Positions 31,087-40,079 of a DNA stretch of 64,000 bases are shown in pieces. Position numbers and translations under genes: made by a program. Location of the stretch: the NCBI GenBank assembly GCA_035281645.1, contig DATEDN010000145.1, forward strand, positions 1,684-65,683. Reading direction: 5' to 3'. The stretch is from Acidimicrobiia bacterium. Its GTDB lineage: Bacteria > Actinomycetota > Acidimicrobiia > Spongiisociales > ZC4RG35. Under the pieces are notes generated by a model that searched no databases, was not told the origin of the DNA, and was given only the letters and a program-made list of their open reading frames with translations. Every line of letters starts with the position of its first letter. Position 1 is the first letter of the stretch.

Positions 31087-32736
31087 TTATGCGTCCTCGC
31101 TGAGTATGTCGTCTGAAATCTTCTGAAATAGAGGGGCGATTTCCCCCAGTTCCCGGCCCGGGGTCAGTTTGGGACGGGACCACTCCTCAATGGGGCCGGT
31201 TCCGAGCATCTCCCCGACCCGTGGGGACGTGAAAGGAAGATAGGGAGTAAAGGCAACCGCCAGACCGGAGATCGCTTTGCAGGCGGTGTAGAGAACGGTC
31301 GCTGCCCGATCGCGGTCGGTGTTGACGAGTTTCCAGGGCTCGGTCGAGTTCAGATAGACATTGACCGCGGTAGCGGCTTCCATCGCCGTTCGCAGGCCTG
31401 CACGCAGTTCCACCTCCGAGATCAGCGCCCCGACCCCAATCAACGCCGTATCGACAGTGGCGATGATTTCCTCGTCGACTTGATCGAGTGTTCCCGGTTC
31501 GGGTATCCGGCCATCGAAGTTGCGACTCGTGATCGTGAGGACCCGGTTGACCAGATTTCCCCAGGTGGCGACGAGCTCCTCGTTGATGCGGCGAATGATC
31601 TCATCATCGGTGAGATCGGTGTCGTTTTGCTCGGGGAGAACCGAGGCAATGGCAAAGCGCAGGGCGTCGGGCTCGAGCCGCTCGGAATACCAACCGATCG
31701 AGCGTCCCACTCCCAAGGACTTGGAAGCTTTGCTGCCCTTGAAGGTGACGTACTGATTGGCGGGTACATCGGTTGGCAGATTGTGCTCTCCATAACCCAT
31801 CAACATCGCCGGCCAAATCACGGCGTGGAAGGGGATGTTGTCCTTGCCCACGAAGTAATAGGACCTGGCGTCGGGGTTTTGCCACCAATCTCGCCATGCT
31901 TCCGGAGTTCCCTGGATCGTCGCCCATTCCTTGGCGGCTGAGAGGTAGCCGATCACCGCTTCGAACCACACATAGATCCGCTTGCCCTCTCCCAAAATGT
32001 CGGCCTCGGGTGGGATGGGCACACCCCAAGTCAGGTCTCGGGTGATGGCGCGGTCGGGAAGCCCTTCCTCGATCATCCCCAGAGCCCAGTTCTTGACATG
32101 GCGTCGCCAGCCGGTCTTGGACTCGAGCCAGGCCTTGACGTCGTCAGCGAAAGCCCCGAGCCGGAGGAACCAGTGTTTGGTTGATCGCTGGACCGGGGTC
32201 GCACCGGAAAGACGGCTGCGGGGGTTGAGGAGATCGGTGGGGTCGAGGGTGCGGCCGCAGTTGTCACATTGGTCACCCCGCGCCTGGGAGTAGCCGCAGT
32301 GGGGACAGGTGCCTTCCACATAGCGGTCAGGGAGAAAGCGTTCGGCCTCGGGATCGTAAAACTGAAGGCTCTCGCCCTCGACGATGGTTCCCCTCGCCCG
32401 GTGGGCGCGGAATATGTCCCAAGTCACCTGGCGGTGGTTTTCGGTCAGTGTGGTGGTGAAGAGGTCGAAGGAGATGCCAACGGATTCCCAGTAGCCGAGG
32501 ATTTCGGGGTGATACCGATCGACGATCGCCTGGGGCGAGGTTCCTTCCTGGTCGGCGCGGACCGTTATCGGCGTTCCATGACCATCGGAACCGGAGACCA
32601 TCAGCACTCTGTTGCCGGCCAGACGGTGGTAGCGGGCGAAGATATCGGCCGGAAGGTAGGCCCCGGCGAGATGGCCGAGGTGAAGCGAACCCGAGGCGTA
32701 GGGCCAAGCAACGGCGACGAGGATGTTCTGGCTCAC
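31087..32736 (-). CDS. metG: Methionine--tRNA ligase
   Basis: GTG start. HIGH-type motif SLHLGHLAG, zinc knuckle CPHCGYSQARGDQCDNCG, and KMSKS-type KASKS. Confidence 0.95.
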   Translation of the reverse strand: MSQNILVAVAWPYASGSLHLGHLAGAYLPADIFARYHRLAGNRVLMVSGSDGHGTPITVRADQEGTSPQAIVDRYHPEILGYWESVGISFDLFTTTLTENHRQVTWDIFRAHRARGTIVEGESLQFYDPEAERFLPDRYVEGTCPHCGYSQARGDQCDNCGRTLDPTDLLNPRSRLSGATPVQRSTKHWFLRLGAFADDVKAWLESKTGWRRHVKNWALGMIEEGLPDRAITRDLTWGVPIPPEADILGEGKRIYVWFEAVIGYLSAAKEWATIQGTPEAWRDWWQNPDARSYYFVGKDNIPFHAVIWPAMLMGYGEHNLPTDVPANQYVTFKGSKASKSLGVGRSIGWYSERLEPDALRFAIASVLPEQNDTDLTDDEIIRRINEELVATWGNLVNRVLTITSRNFDGRIPEPGTLDQVDEEIIATVDTALIGVGALISEVELRAGLRTAMEAATAVNVYLNSTEPWKLVNTDRDRAATVLYTACKAISGLAVAFTPYLPFTSPRVGEMLGTGPIEEWSRPKLTPGRELGEIAPLFQKISDDILSEDA

Positions 32737-32788
32737 GCAGCCGGGAGGCTACCGCTGTCAGGATTTGCCCTTGAGTGAGACCGGAGGT

Positions 32789-33433
32789 CTAAGAAGCGGT
32801 TCGGGCCAAAAGCGCCGATCGCCAAATGAGTGAACGGTGATCGGCGATCGGGTGGAGGCCAGAGTTGGCAAGCAGAGTCAACATCGCCGGAGCCGGGTGG
32901 ATAAAAGCTCGAAAGCTGCGGCCTCTCAGCCGATGCCAGAAGTTCTCGATCCACAAAACTGGTCTGAGCCAGGGCCGGGGAAAACTAAAGACCAGGTGGG
33001 TCGCGGCTCGCGAGCTGGCCTGGCCAAGAAGGGCTCGCCAGTCGGGATAGCAGCAAACCACCTTGTTCAAGATGACCAGATCCGACCTCGGGAGCGTGGG
33101 AGCAAGCTCGACGAAATCCCCGCAGACCCGGGTGACCCGTTCTTGCAGGCCTCGCTCGGCGAGCAGCGCCAAGGCTTCGCTCTCCCAGTTCGTGGCCAAG
33201 TCGACATTGGTGGCGATATCCGCCAGGCCGCTTTCGAGCATCACCACCTGAATCTCACCTAGTCCGCCGCCAATCTCGAGTAGCGAGGAACTTCGTATTC
33301 CCAAGTCGGTGAGCTGAGCGACCATGGCGCGGCTGATTCCCCTCAGCCCGCGGCGACGAAAGCGAGCCGCGTTTGCTCGGGCTTCACTCTCCGGGAAAAC
33401 CTCCGCGTAATCGCTAGGACACCCGCATTCCAT
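32789..33433 (-). CDS. Class I SAM-dependent methyltransferase
   Basis: Motif I LLEIGGGLGEIQV. N-terminal Cys pair MECGC. Confidence 0.7.
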   Translation of the reverse strand: MECGCPSDYAEVFPESEARANAARFRRRGLRGISRAMVAQLTDLGIRSSSLLEIGGGLGEIQVVMLESGLADIATNVDLATNWESEALALLAERGLQERVTRVCGDFVELAPTLPRSDLVILNKVVCCYPDWRALLGQASSRAATHLVFSFPRPWLRPVLWIENFWHRLRGRSFRAFIHPAPAMLTLLANSGLHPIADHRSLIWRSALLARTAS

Positions 33434-34292
33434 CGTCTTTCGCCTCTCGGACCTCTGTTCTCAATCCAACCAGAACCACTCCGCCCAGGACCGCCAAACC
33501 TCCCACGATCAACCGCCAGCCCACTGGCTCCTCGAAGGCCAGAACTCCCACCAGCACCCCGACCAGGGGAATGATGTAGGCGAACAGCGAGGCCTGGCTC
33601 GCCGGCGCCAGCCGGTTGGCCCCCAAGACTGCCATGAAGGCCATCGCCAGCGTGATCGCCAGAGCGAGAATCAGTCCCCATTGGAAAGCGGTGGGGGTTT
33701 GCCAGGTTCCCGTGAGGGCGACGGTGGCAATTCCCAAGATGCCGGCTCCGGTCAACATCGGCGCCAGGGTGGCGGCGGGACCGTAGAACATTGCCAAACG
33801 CTTGACGAACGGACCGCTCAGCCCCGACATGGCAGCTCCCGTCATCGTCAGGGCAATGCCTGCTAGGGATCCGGCCGCGGCCGGGCTGCCAGCCAAGAGG
33901 AAAACACCACCGAAGCTGAGAAGGAGGCCGAGGCCTTTGAGCAAGGTGAAGCGATCGGACGGTCCGAGGTAATGAGCGGCGACGGAGGTGAAGATCGGTC
34001 CCGACGAGATGAGCACGGTCGTGATCGAGACCGGCAGGCGTTGGAATCCGAGATTGAAGAAGATGGCTGGCCCCGAGCCGCTCACCATTCCGATCAACAT
34101 CGCCCACCACCAGCCTCTCGCCGGGAGCGCGCCGAAACGCTTGTGGAGCAAAAGGGCGGCCGTCGCGGCCAGGGCGAAGACCACCCCGGTGAGAAACACC
34201 GGGTCCAATCCTTCGCCGATCAGGAACTTGGTGGTCGGGCCCCCCAACCCAAAGATGATTCCGGCAGCGACAATGTATGACCACGCCTTCAC
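33414..34292 (-). CDS. DMT-superfamily (EamA-like) transporter
   Basis: 292 aa with about ten hydrophobic helices in two similar halves. Confidence 0.8.
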   Translation of the reverse strand: MKAWSYIVAAGIIFGLGGPTTKFLIGEGLDPVFLTGVVFALAATAALLLHKRFGALPARGWWWAMLIGMVSGSGPAIFFNLGFQRLPVSITTVLISSGPIFTSVAAHYLGPSDRFTLLKGLGLLLSFGGVFLLAGSPAAAGSLAGIALTMTGAAMSGLSGPFVKRLAMFYGPAATLAPMLTGAGILGIATVALTGTWQTPTAFQWGLILALAITLAMAFMAVLGANRLAPASQASLFAYIIPLVGVLVGVLAFEEPVGWRLIVGGLAVLGGVVLVGLRTEVREAKDDGMRVS

Positions 34293-34303
34293 AAACCGAC
34301 TCT

Positions 34304-36232
34304 ATGGTCGAGGGAATGGGGAGCATGCCCGCCGTCCTCTGGCAACCTCCCGATGACGCCTGGGAGACCAGCCGCATCGGCCAGTTCTTGCGCGGGGTCG
34401 AGCGACGGCGGGAGATCTCGTTTGCCGACTATGAGGAAGCTTGGCGCTGGTCGATCGAGCATCTTCCAGAGTTCTGGTCGGAGGTGGTCGATTTCTTCTC
34501 GATCGGATTGATCGGGCCAGCTGACGTTCTTGACCATGAGCTGATGCCCGGAGCCAAGTGGTTCGAGGGGGCGCGACTCAACTACGTCGAGCAGGCCCTC
34601 CGCTGGCCGGACCCGGAGGCGGAGGCATTTGTCGCTCGTTCGCAGACCCGGGAGCAGGATCTGGTGTTGACCGCCGGAGAGTTGCGTTCGCAAGTGGCGG
34701 CGGCGGCGGCCGGGCTTCGGTCCCTCGGGGTCGGTAAGGGGGATCGGGTGGTCGCTTACCTTCCCAATATTGGCGAAGCCCTGGTGGCTTTCCTGGCTAG
34801 CGCCGCCCTGGGGGCGATCTGGTCGTCATGCCCGCCAGAATTCGGCACTCGAAGCGTGGTCGATCGCTTTCGACAGATCGAGCCCAAGGTCATGTTGACC
34901 GTCGACGGGTACCGCCATCGCGGCCGGCCCATCGATCGTCGTTCCCAGGTGGACGAAATCATCTCGGCGCTGCCCAGCCTCGAGCATGTGATACGGGTGG
35001 GATACCTGGAGGACAGGGGCGATTGGTCTTCGCTGCTCGCCGACACCCCCGAATTGGAGATGGTCCCGGTCGAGTTCGACCATCCTCTCTATGTCCTCTA
35101 TTCGTCAGGCACCACCGGACTCCCCAAGCCCATCGTCCACAGTCACGGTGGAATCACCCTCGAACATTGCAAGGCGCTCGGTCTCCAGCACGGTCTCGGT
35201 CCCGGCGACCGATTTGCCTGGTACTCGACCACGGGGTGGATGATGTGGAACCTCAACATCTCCGGTCTCTTGGTGGGCGCGACTGTCGTGGTCCTCGACG
35301 GCGATCCCGCCTATCCCGATCTCGGCACGCTCTGGAACATGGTCGATGACTTCGGGATCACCACTTTGGGGGCTAGTGCCGGGTATGTCCTGTCCTGCAT
35401 GCGAGCCAGTTATCGCCCCCGCCAACACCACGATCTCAGCTCCCTGCAATGTTTTGGCTCCACTGGTTCTCCGCTCCCGGCGGAAGGCTTTCGCTGGATC
35501 CGAGACGAAGTAGGCACCCGGGTGAAGACCGTCTCCACGTCGGGTGGCACCGATGTCTGCACGGCCTTCGTGGGGGGCGCTGCCTTGGTGCCGGTGTGGG
35601 AAGGTGAGATCAGCTGTCGCTACCTGGGGATGGCGGTCGAGGCCTTCGACGAAGAGGGGAAATCCGTTGTAGGGGAGACCGGGGAACTGGTGATTACCAA
35701 ACCCATGCCATCTATGCCCGTGGGATTTTGGAACGACGACGATGGCTCCGCTTACCGGGCCGCCTATTTCGATACATATCCGGGCGTGTGGCGCCACGGT
35801 GACTGGATCGAGATCACTGAACGGGGGAGTTGCATCATCACCGGTCGCTCCGATGCGACCCTCAATCGAGGGGGCGTCCGCATGGGAACCTCGGAGTTCT
35901 ACTCGGTGGTAGAGGCCATCCCCGGAGTCCTCGACAGTCTCGTCGTCCATCTCGACGACAGCGCGGGCGCCGGTTCACTGGTGCTGCTGGTGGTGGCCGA
36001 GGATGGAAAAGAGCAGCTCAGCAGCCTCATCAAGAAGACTCTGCGCGAGCAGTTGTCACCGCGACATGTACCCGACCGTATTCATTTCGTCGGATCGATC
36101 CCACGCACCGTGTCGGGGAAGAAAATGGAACTGCCGGTCAAGAAGATTCTGCAGGGCTATCCCATCGAGCAGGTTGCCAATCTCGGGGCCATGGCCAACC
36201 CCGAGAGCCTGGCGGACCTTCGCTCGCTCTAG
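34304..36232 (+). CDS. Acetoacetate--CoA ligase (acetoacetyl-CoA synthetase)
   Basis: AMP-binding motif YVLYSSGTTGLPKPIVHSHGG, with N-terminal and C-terminal blocks typical of AACS. Start is uncertain (34277, 34304, 34316 or 34325). Confidence 0.86.
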   Translation: MVEGMGSMPAVLWQPPDDAWETSRIGQFLRGVERRREISFADYEEAWRWSIEHLPEFWSEVVDFFSIGLIGPADVLDHELMPGAKWFEGARLNYVEQALRWPDPEAEAFVARSQTREQDLVLTAGELRSQVAAAAAGLRSLGVGKGDRVVAYLPNIGEALVAFLASAALGAIWSSCPPEFGTRSVVDRFRQIEPKVMLTVDGYRHRGRPIDRRSQVDEIISALPSLEHVIRVGYLEDRGDWSSLLADTPELEMVPVEFDHPLYVLYSSGTTGLPKPIVHSHGGITLEHCKALGLQHGLGPGDRFAWYSTTGWMMWNLNISGLLVGATVVVLDGDPAYPDLGTLWNMVDDFGITTLGASAGYVLSCMRASYRPRQHHDLSSLQCFGSTGSPLPAEGFRWIRDEVGTRVKTVSTSGGTDVCTAFVGGAALVPVWEGEISCRYLGMAVEAFDEEGKSVVGETGELVITKPMPSMPVGFWNDDDGSAYRAAYFDTYPGVWRHGDWIEITERGSCIITGRSDATLNRGGVRMGTSEFYSVVEAIPGVLDSLVVHLDDSAGAGSLVLLVVAEDGKEQLSSLIKKTLREQLSPRHVPDRIHFVGSIPRTVSGKKMELPVKKILQGYPIEQVANLGAMANPESLADLRSL

Positions 36233-36294
36233 GCGGTTTCGCCGTCCTCCCTGGCGGGTATTGGGCGGGATATCCGACTTGGAAAGGAATGCTG

Positions 36295-36741
36295 ATGTCA
36301 TTGGATATGACCGTCACCAAGGATCTGATCGAGACTCTCGAAGATGGAAAGAATGGCTTTGCGACCGCGGCCGAGAAGTTGGCCGAATCCGACAAGCCCC
36401 AAATCGCAACCAAGTTCCGCCAGTACTCCAGCCAGCGAGCACAGTTCGCGGAGGAGCTCCGCTCGATGGCAAAAAACTATGGGGACGACATCGAGGAGTC
36501 AGGCTCGGTGGCGGCCGCTCTTCATCGAGGCTGGATGGCCATCAAGGATGCCGCCACCGGCTCTGACGCCGGAGCTGTTCTTGATGTGGCCGAGCAGGGC
36601 GAGGACCATGCCGTGGCCGAGTACGAGCGTGCATTGGACAACGACGAGCTCTCCATCGATCTGCGGGATGTCATCGAGCGCCAGTACGCCTCTGTGAAGG
36701 CAGCCCACGACGAAGTGCGGGCGCTTCGCGATTCCAACTAG
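36295..36741 (+). CDS. PA2169/DUF2383-family four-helix-bundle (ferritin-like) protein
   Basis: ATG lies 6 nt after GGAAAGGA. Contains LEDGKNGFATAAEKL and EQGEDHAVAEYERAL. Confidence 0.7.
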   Translation: MSLDMTVTKDLIETLEDGKNGFATAAEKLAESDKPQIATKFRQYSSQRAQFAEELRSMAKNYGDDIEESGSVAAALHRGWMAIKDAATGSDAGAVLDVAEQGEDHAVAEYERALDNDELSIDLRDVIERQYASVKAAHDEVRALRDSN

Positions 36742-36754
36742 AGGCCGATAGGTT

Positions 36755-36789
36755 CCGCCGGGATCGGGGGATCCCGGCGGTCTCTTTTA
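36755..36789 (+). terminator. Rho-independent terminator (11-bp stem CCGCCGGGATC/GATCCCGGCGG, loop GGGG, tail TCTCTTTTA)
   Basis: Perfect hairpin plus T-rich tail, read directly, 14 nt after the stop at 36741. Confidence 0.8.
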
Positions 36790-37668
36790 ACCCTTGACGG
36801 CCGAGGCAGCTGCCCCCTGCACGAAGTAGCGCTGGAAGACGAAGAACACGATGGCGATGGGGATGATCGTGATCAGAGACCCCGCCACGATCGTGTTCCA
36901 TGGTTGAGCTTGTCCGAAGGCGGCGGTGAGTCCTGCCAGCCCGACAGGAAGAGTTGCCAGATCAGGTCGGCCGATACGGGCGATGAGGATATGGAGAAAC
37001 TCGTTCCAGGCCCCCTGAGTAGAAAGAATGATCAGGGCGATCAAGCCTGGGGCGGCGAGGGGGAGCATCACCCTGGTGAAAGTCTGGAAGGTCGAGGCTC
37101 CATCCAAGGCTGCCGCTTCTTCCAGCTCACGCGGCAGCTGTTCGAAGAATTGCTTCATGAGGAAGATGGCGAAGGCATCGAAGGCGAGGGGGACGATCAT
37201 TCCGACGTAGGTGTTGATGATTCCCAGCTCCTTCATCACCATGAACCGGGGGATAGCGAGGACGATGCCCGGTATGGCCTGGACCGCCAGGATGAGCGCA
37301 AAGATCAGTCCGCGGCCGCGGAAACGCATTCGGGCCAGCGCGTAACCGGCCAGCGAGCCGAACGTGATTCGCAACAGCACGACGAAAACCGTGACCACCA
37401 CCGAGTTGATGGTCCAACGAGGGAGGTTCACCCTCGAGCTGTTCAGAGCCTCTACTCCGTCGGTGGTCCAGCCTCCGAAGGCCGGATCGGCCACGAGGCT
37501 GACGGGATTGGCCTGGATGTCGGGCAGTGACTTGAACGCCGTTGCCGCCGACAACACGAACGGCATGATGAAGATGAGAGCGAAGAAAACCAGGGCGGCA
37601 TAGCCGAGCAGTCGCTTGAGGACCGATCCCACGCCGCGCTCGCGAATGCCTACTGCCGCTACCGCCAT
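36787..37668 (-). CDS. Carbohydrate ABC transporter permease (MalG-like)
   Basis: Six TM helices and an EAA-type loop LEEAAALDGASTFQTFTRVMLPLAAPG. Confidence 0.9.
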   Translation of the reverse strand: MAVAAVGIRERGVGSVLKRLLGYAALVFFALIFIMPFVLSAATAFKSLPDIQANPVSLVADPAFGGWTTDGVEALNSSRVNLPRWTINSVVVTVFVVLLRITFGSLAGYALARMRFRGRGLIFALILAVQAIPGIVLAIPRFMVMKELGIINTYVGMIVPLAFDAFAIFLMKQFFEQLPRELEEAAALDGASTFQTFTRVMLPLAAPGLIALIILSTQGAWNEFLHILIARIGRPDLATLPVGLAGLTAAFGQAQPWNTIVAGSLITIIPIAIVFFVFQRYFVQGAAASAVKG

Positions 37669-37669
37669 C

Positions 37670-38788
37670 TCAAAAGTCCCCCGTGTCTCGGATCACCTGG
37701 CGGTTGACCCACGTGAAAAACATGATGATGGCGAACAGAATCACGGCGATCGCTGCTGCCAACCCGGCTTTGGAGTTGGTGAACGCTTGGAAGTAGATCA
37801 AATAGGCGGGGGTGAAAGTCGTCTTGCGAGGACCACCGGCGGTGCCGGCGTAAACCTGATCGAACACCTGCCAGGTTCCGATCAGCCCCAGGGTGACGAC
37901 GAAAAATATGGTCGGCCTCATCAGCGGGACCGTGATCCGAAAGAATCGCTGGAAGGCGTTGGCTCCGTCCACGACCGCAGCTTCTTCCACGGAAGGTGAA
38001 ATGTTCTGGAGCCCGGCGAGGAAGATGAGCATGAAGGTGCCGACGCTGGTCCAGGTGACCAGCATCATGATCGCAACCATGGCAACGCTGGGACCGGCCA
38101 GCCAGTCCCAGAGCTCGAGTCCCATGAACTCGTTTTCGGTCAGGAACGCTGGTCCTTCTTCGACCCCAAATACGCCAAGAAAGTTATGGATGACCCCGCG
38201 GGCGTTATCCAGCCAATCGATGTCCTGGATGGGGAGGACACGGTTGACTGCTCCATTGGTCTGAAACAGGAAGACGAAGATCAGCGTGACTGCGATTGAA
38301 CTCGTTATCGAGGGGAAGTAGTAGGCGGTGCGAAAGAAGCCCTTTCCCTTCAGAAACTTCTGGTTGAGGATCACCGCGATGACGAAGGCGATGATCGTTT
38401 GGATCGGTACCACTCCTAGCACGTAATAGAGGTTGTTGCGGAGGCTGATCGCGAAGTCGGTCCGGCGGACGCCGTCGTCGGTGAGAAGCTCGCGATAGTT
38501 GGCCAGGCCCACCGACTCCGAATCGAAGATCGGGGCGATGCCGTTCCAATCACGAAAGCTGACCCAAACGGCGGCGATGATCGGAATCAACAAGAAAACG
38601 ATCAGACCAAGCACCGCCGGTGCGCTAAATAGCCAACCCAATAGTGGTTCCCTCTTGTCGAGGCGCGCCCGATGGGGCGCTCGCCCGAGGGCGGGGGGTT
38701 TAATCGTTGCAGACGTTGTCTTTCTCCTCCTCCGCGATCTGGGGGGTCGAATTCCGACCCCCCAGATTCGTTGGTCAGCTGATGACAT
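37670..38788 (-). CDS. Carbohydrate ABC transporter permease (MalF-like)
   Basis: EAA-type loop VEEAAVVDGANAFQRFFRITVPLMRP. Has a basic N-terminal extension of about 45 aa, so the start is uncertain. Confidence 0.85.
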   Translation of the reverse strand: MSSADQRIWGVGIRPPRSRRRRKTTSATIKPPALGRAPHRARLDKREPLLGWLFSAPAVLGLIVFLLIPIIAAVWVSFRDWNGIAPIFDSESVGLANYRELLTDDGVRRTDFAISLRNNLYYVLGVVPIQTIIAFVIAVILNQKFLKGKGFFRTAYYFPSITSSIAVTLIFVFLFQTNGAVNRVLPIQDIDWLDNARGVIHNFLGVFGVEEGPAFLTENEFMGLELWDWLAGPSVAMVAIMMLVTWTSVGTFMLIFLAGLQNISPSVEEAAVVDGANAFQRFFRITVPLMRPTIFFVVTLGLIGTWQVFDQVYAGTAGGPRKTTFTPAYLIYFQAFTNSKAGLAAAIAVILFAIIMFFTWVNRQVIRDTGDF

Positions 38789-40079
38789 CCTCTCCAGCGG
38801 CGACCGTCTCCGAGATCAAATCGTCGACGGTGCCGTCGCCATCGACGATGGCGTTCGCCTGGTCGTTGAACACGCTGATCACATCGCCAAAGCCGGGGGC
38901 GAATCCCCAACGGTGGGCGTAATCAGCACCGGTGACGAACGCCTCCAGCTCGGGGTGGTCGCTGAGCCAGGTGTCAGCCACCGATTCCCGGGCGGGCATC
39001 ACGTTGAACGCCGATGTCCAAGCGAGGGCTCCCTCGGAGTTGGTCAGGTACTCGATCAAGGCCCAGGACGCATCCGGGTTTGGTGCCGACTCCGCCACTC
39101 CGTAGCAAACGGTGAAGGCGAAGGTCCCTTCCCCGGCCGGCCCGGCGGGAAGCTCAGCGACCGCCCACTCCTTGTCAGGGAAGGTCTGGTCGAGGTATCC
39201 CACGATCCAGTTCCCTTCAATGGTCATTGCTGCCTTTCCCTGACCGAAGGCCTCCCCGGCCCATCCGGCATCGACGTCGGAGGGACGAACGAAGCTCCCG
39301 GAGGCATATTGATCGGCGACGAACTGAAGTGCCTCCCTGGCCTCGGGGGTATCGAGGGTGATCTCCGACACGTCCGGGTTGGTGAGGTCAGCCCCAGCCT
39401 GGAAGAGGAAGACCGCCCAGCGCGGATACTCGACACCCATCGCCAGACCGGCCTGAGTGTCGGTGGTGAGGGCTTCCGCTGCCGCTGCCAGCTCTTCCCA
39501 GGTCGTCGGCACTGCCACGCCGGCCGCTTCCAGAGCGGCAGGGTCGTAAACCAAACCCAGGGTCGAGAAGTCTTTCGGCGGGCAGTACCACGTTCCGTCG
39601 TAGGTGAATGCCTCCCGCAGCGAGGGATAGATGTCGTCTGGTTCGCTGAGGGCGCCTTCGGGGATGGGGGCCAAGGCTCCGGCGTCGGCCAGGTCCGGCA
39701 GGTTGTTGCTGTCGACATAGAAGACGTCTGGCGGATCTCCACCAGCTAGAGCCGTGTTGAGCGCAGTGGTCATGTCCTGCTGGGGCTCGAAGACGGCGTT
39801 GGCGCCGGTTTCGGCGTTGAACTGATTGAGCAGCTCCGTCAGGGCTTCGTCTTCGGCGGTTCCCGAAGAACCTCCCCAGACCTTGAGTTCGACTCCGGCC
39901 AGATCCCCTGTTCCGGTGCCAGTGGTGGCAGGCGATTCTCCCGCCGTTGTCGCCGGGGCCTCGCCCGCGGTCGTGGCGGGTGTTTCTCCTGCGGCTGTGG
40001 TTGCGGTTCCACCATCGCCGCAGGCCGCCGCTATGAGGGCGAAGACGGCGATGAGCATCCACCATCGTTGTTTTCTCAC
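38775..40079 (-). CDS. Sugar ABC transporter substrate-binding lipoprotein
   Basis: GTG 40079 lies 7 nt after GGGAG and forms a GTGA overlap with the GH65 stop. Signal MRKQRWWMLIAVFALIAAAC (lipobox), then a linker with three copies of AGExPATT, then a family-1 SBP body. Confidence 0.86.
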   Translation of the reverse strand: MRKQRWWMLIAVFALIAAACGDGGTATTAAGETPATTAGEAPATTAGESPATTGTGTGDLAGVELKVWGGSSGTAEDEALTELLNQFNAETGANAVFEPQQDMTTALNTALAGGDPPDVFYVDSNNLPDLADAGALAPIPEGALSEPDDIYPSLREAFTYDGTWYCPPKDFSTLGLVYDPAALEAAGVAVPTTWEELAAAAEALTTDTQAGLAMGVEYPRWAVFLFQAGADLTNPDVSEITLDTPEAREALQFVADQYASGSFVRPSDVDAGWAGEAFGQGKAAMTIEGNWIVGYLDQTFPDKEWAVAELPAGPAGEGTFAFTVCYGVAESAPNPDASWALIEYLTNSEGALAWTSAFNVMPARESVADTWLSDHPELEAFVTGADYAHRWGFAPGFGDVISVFNDQANAIVDGDGTVDDLISETVAAGEDVIS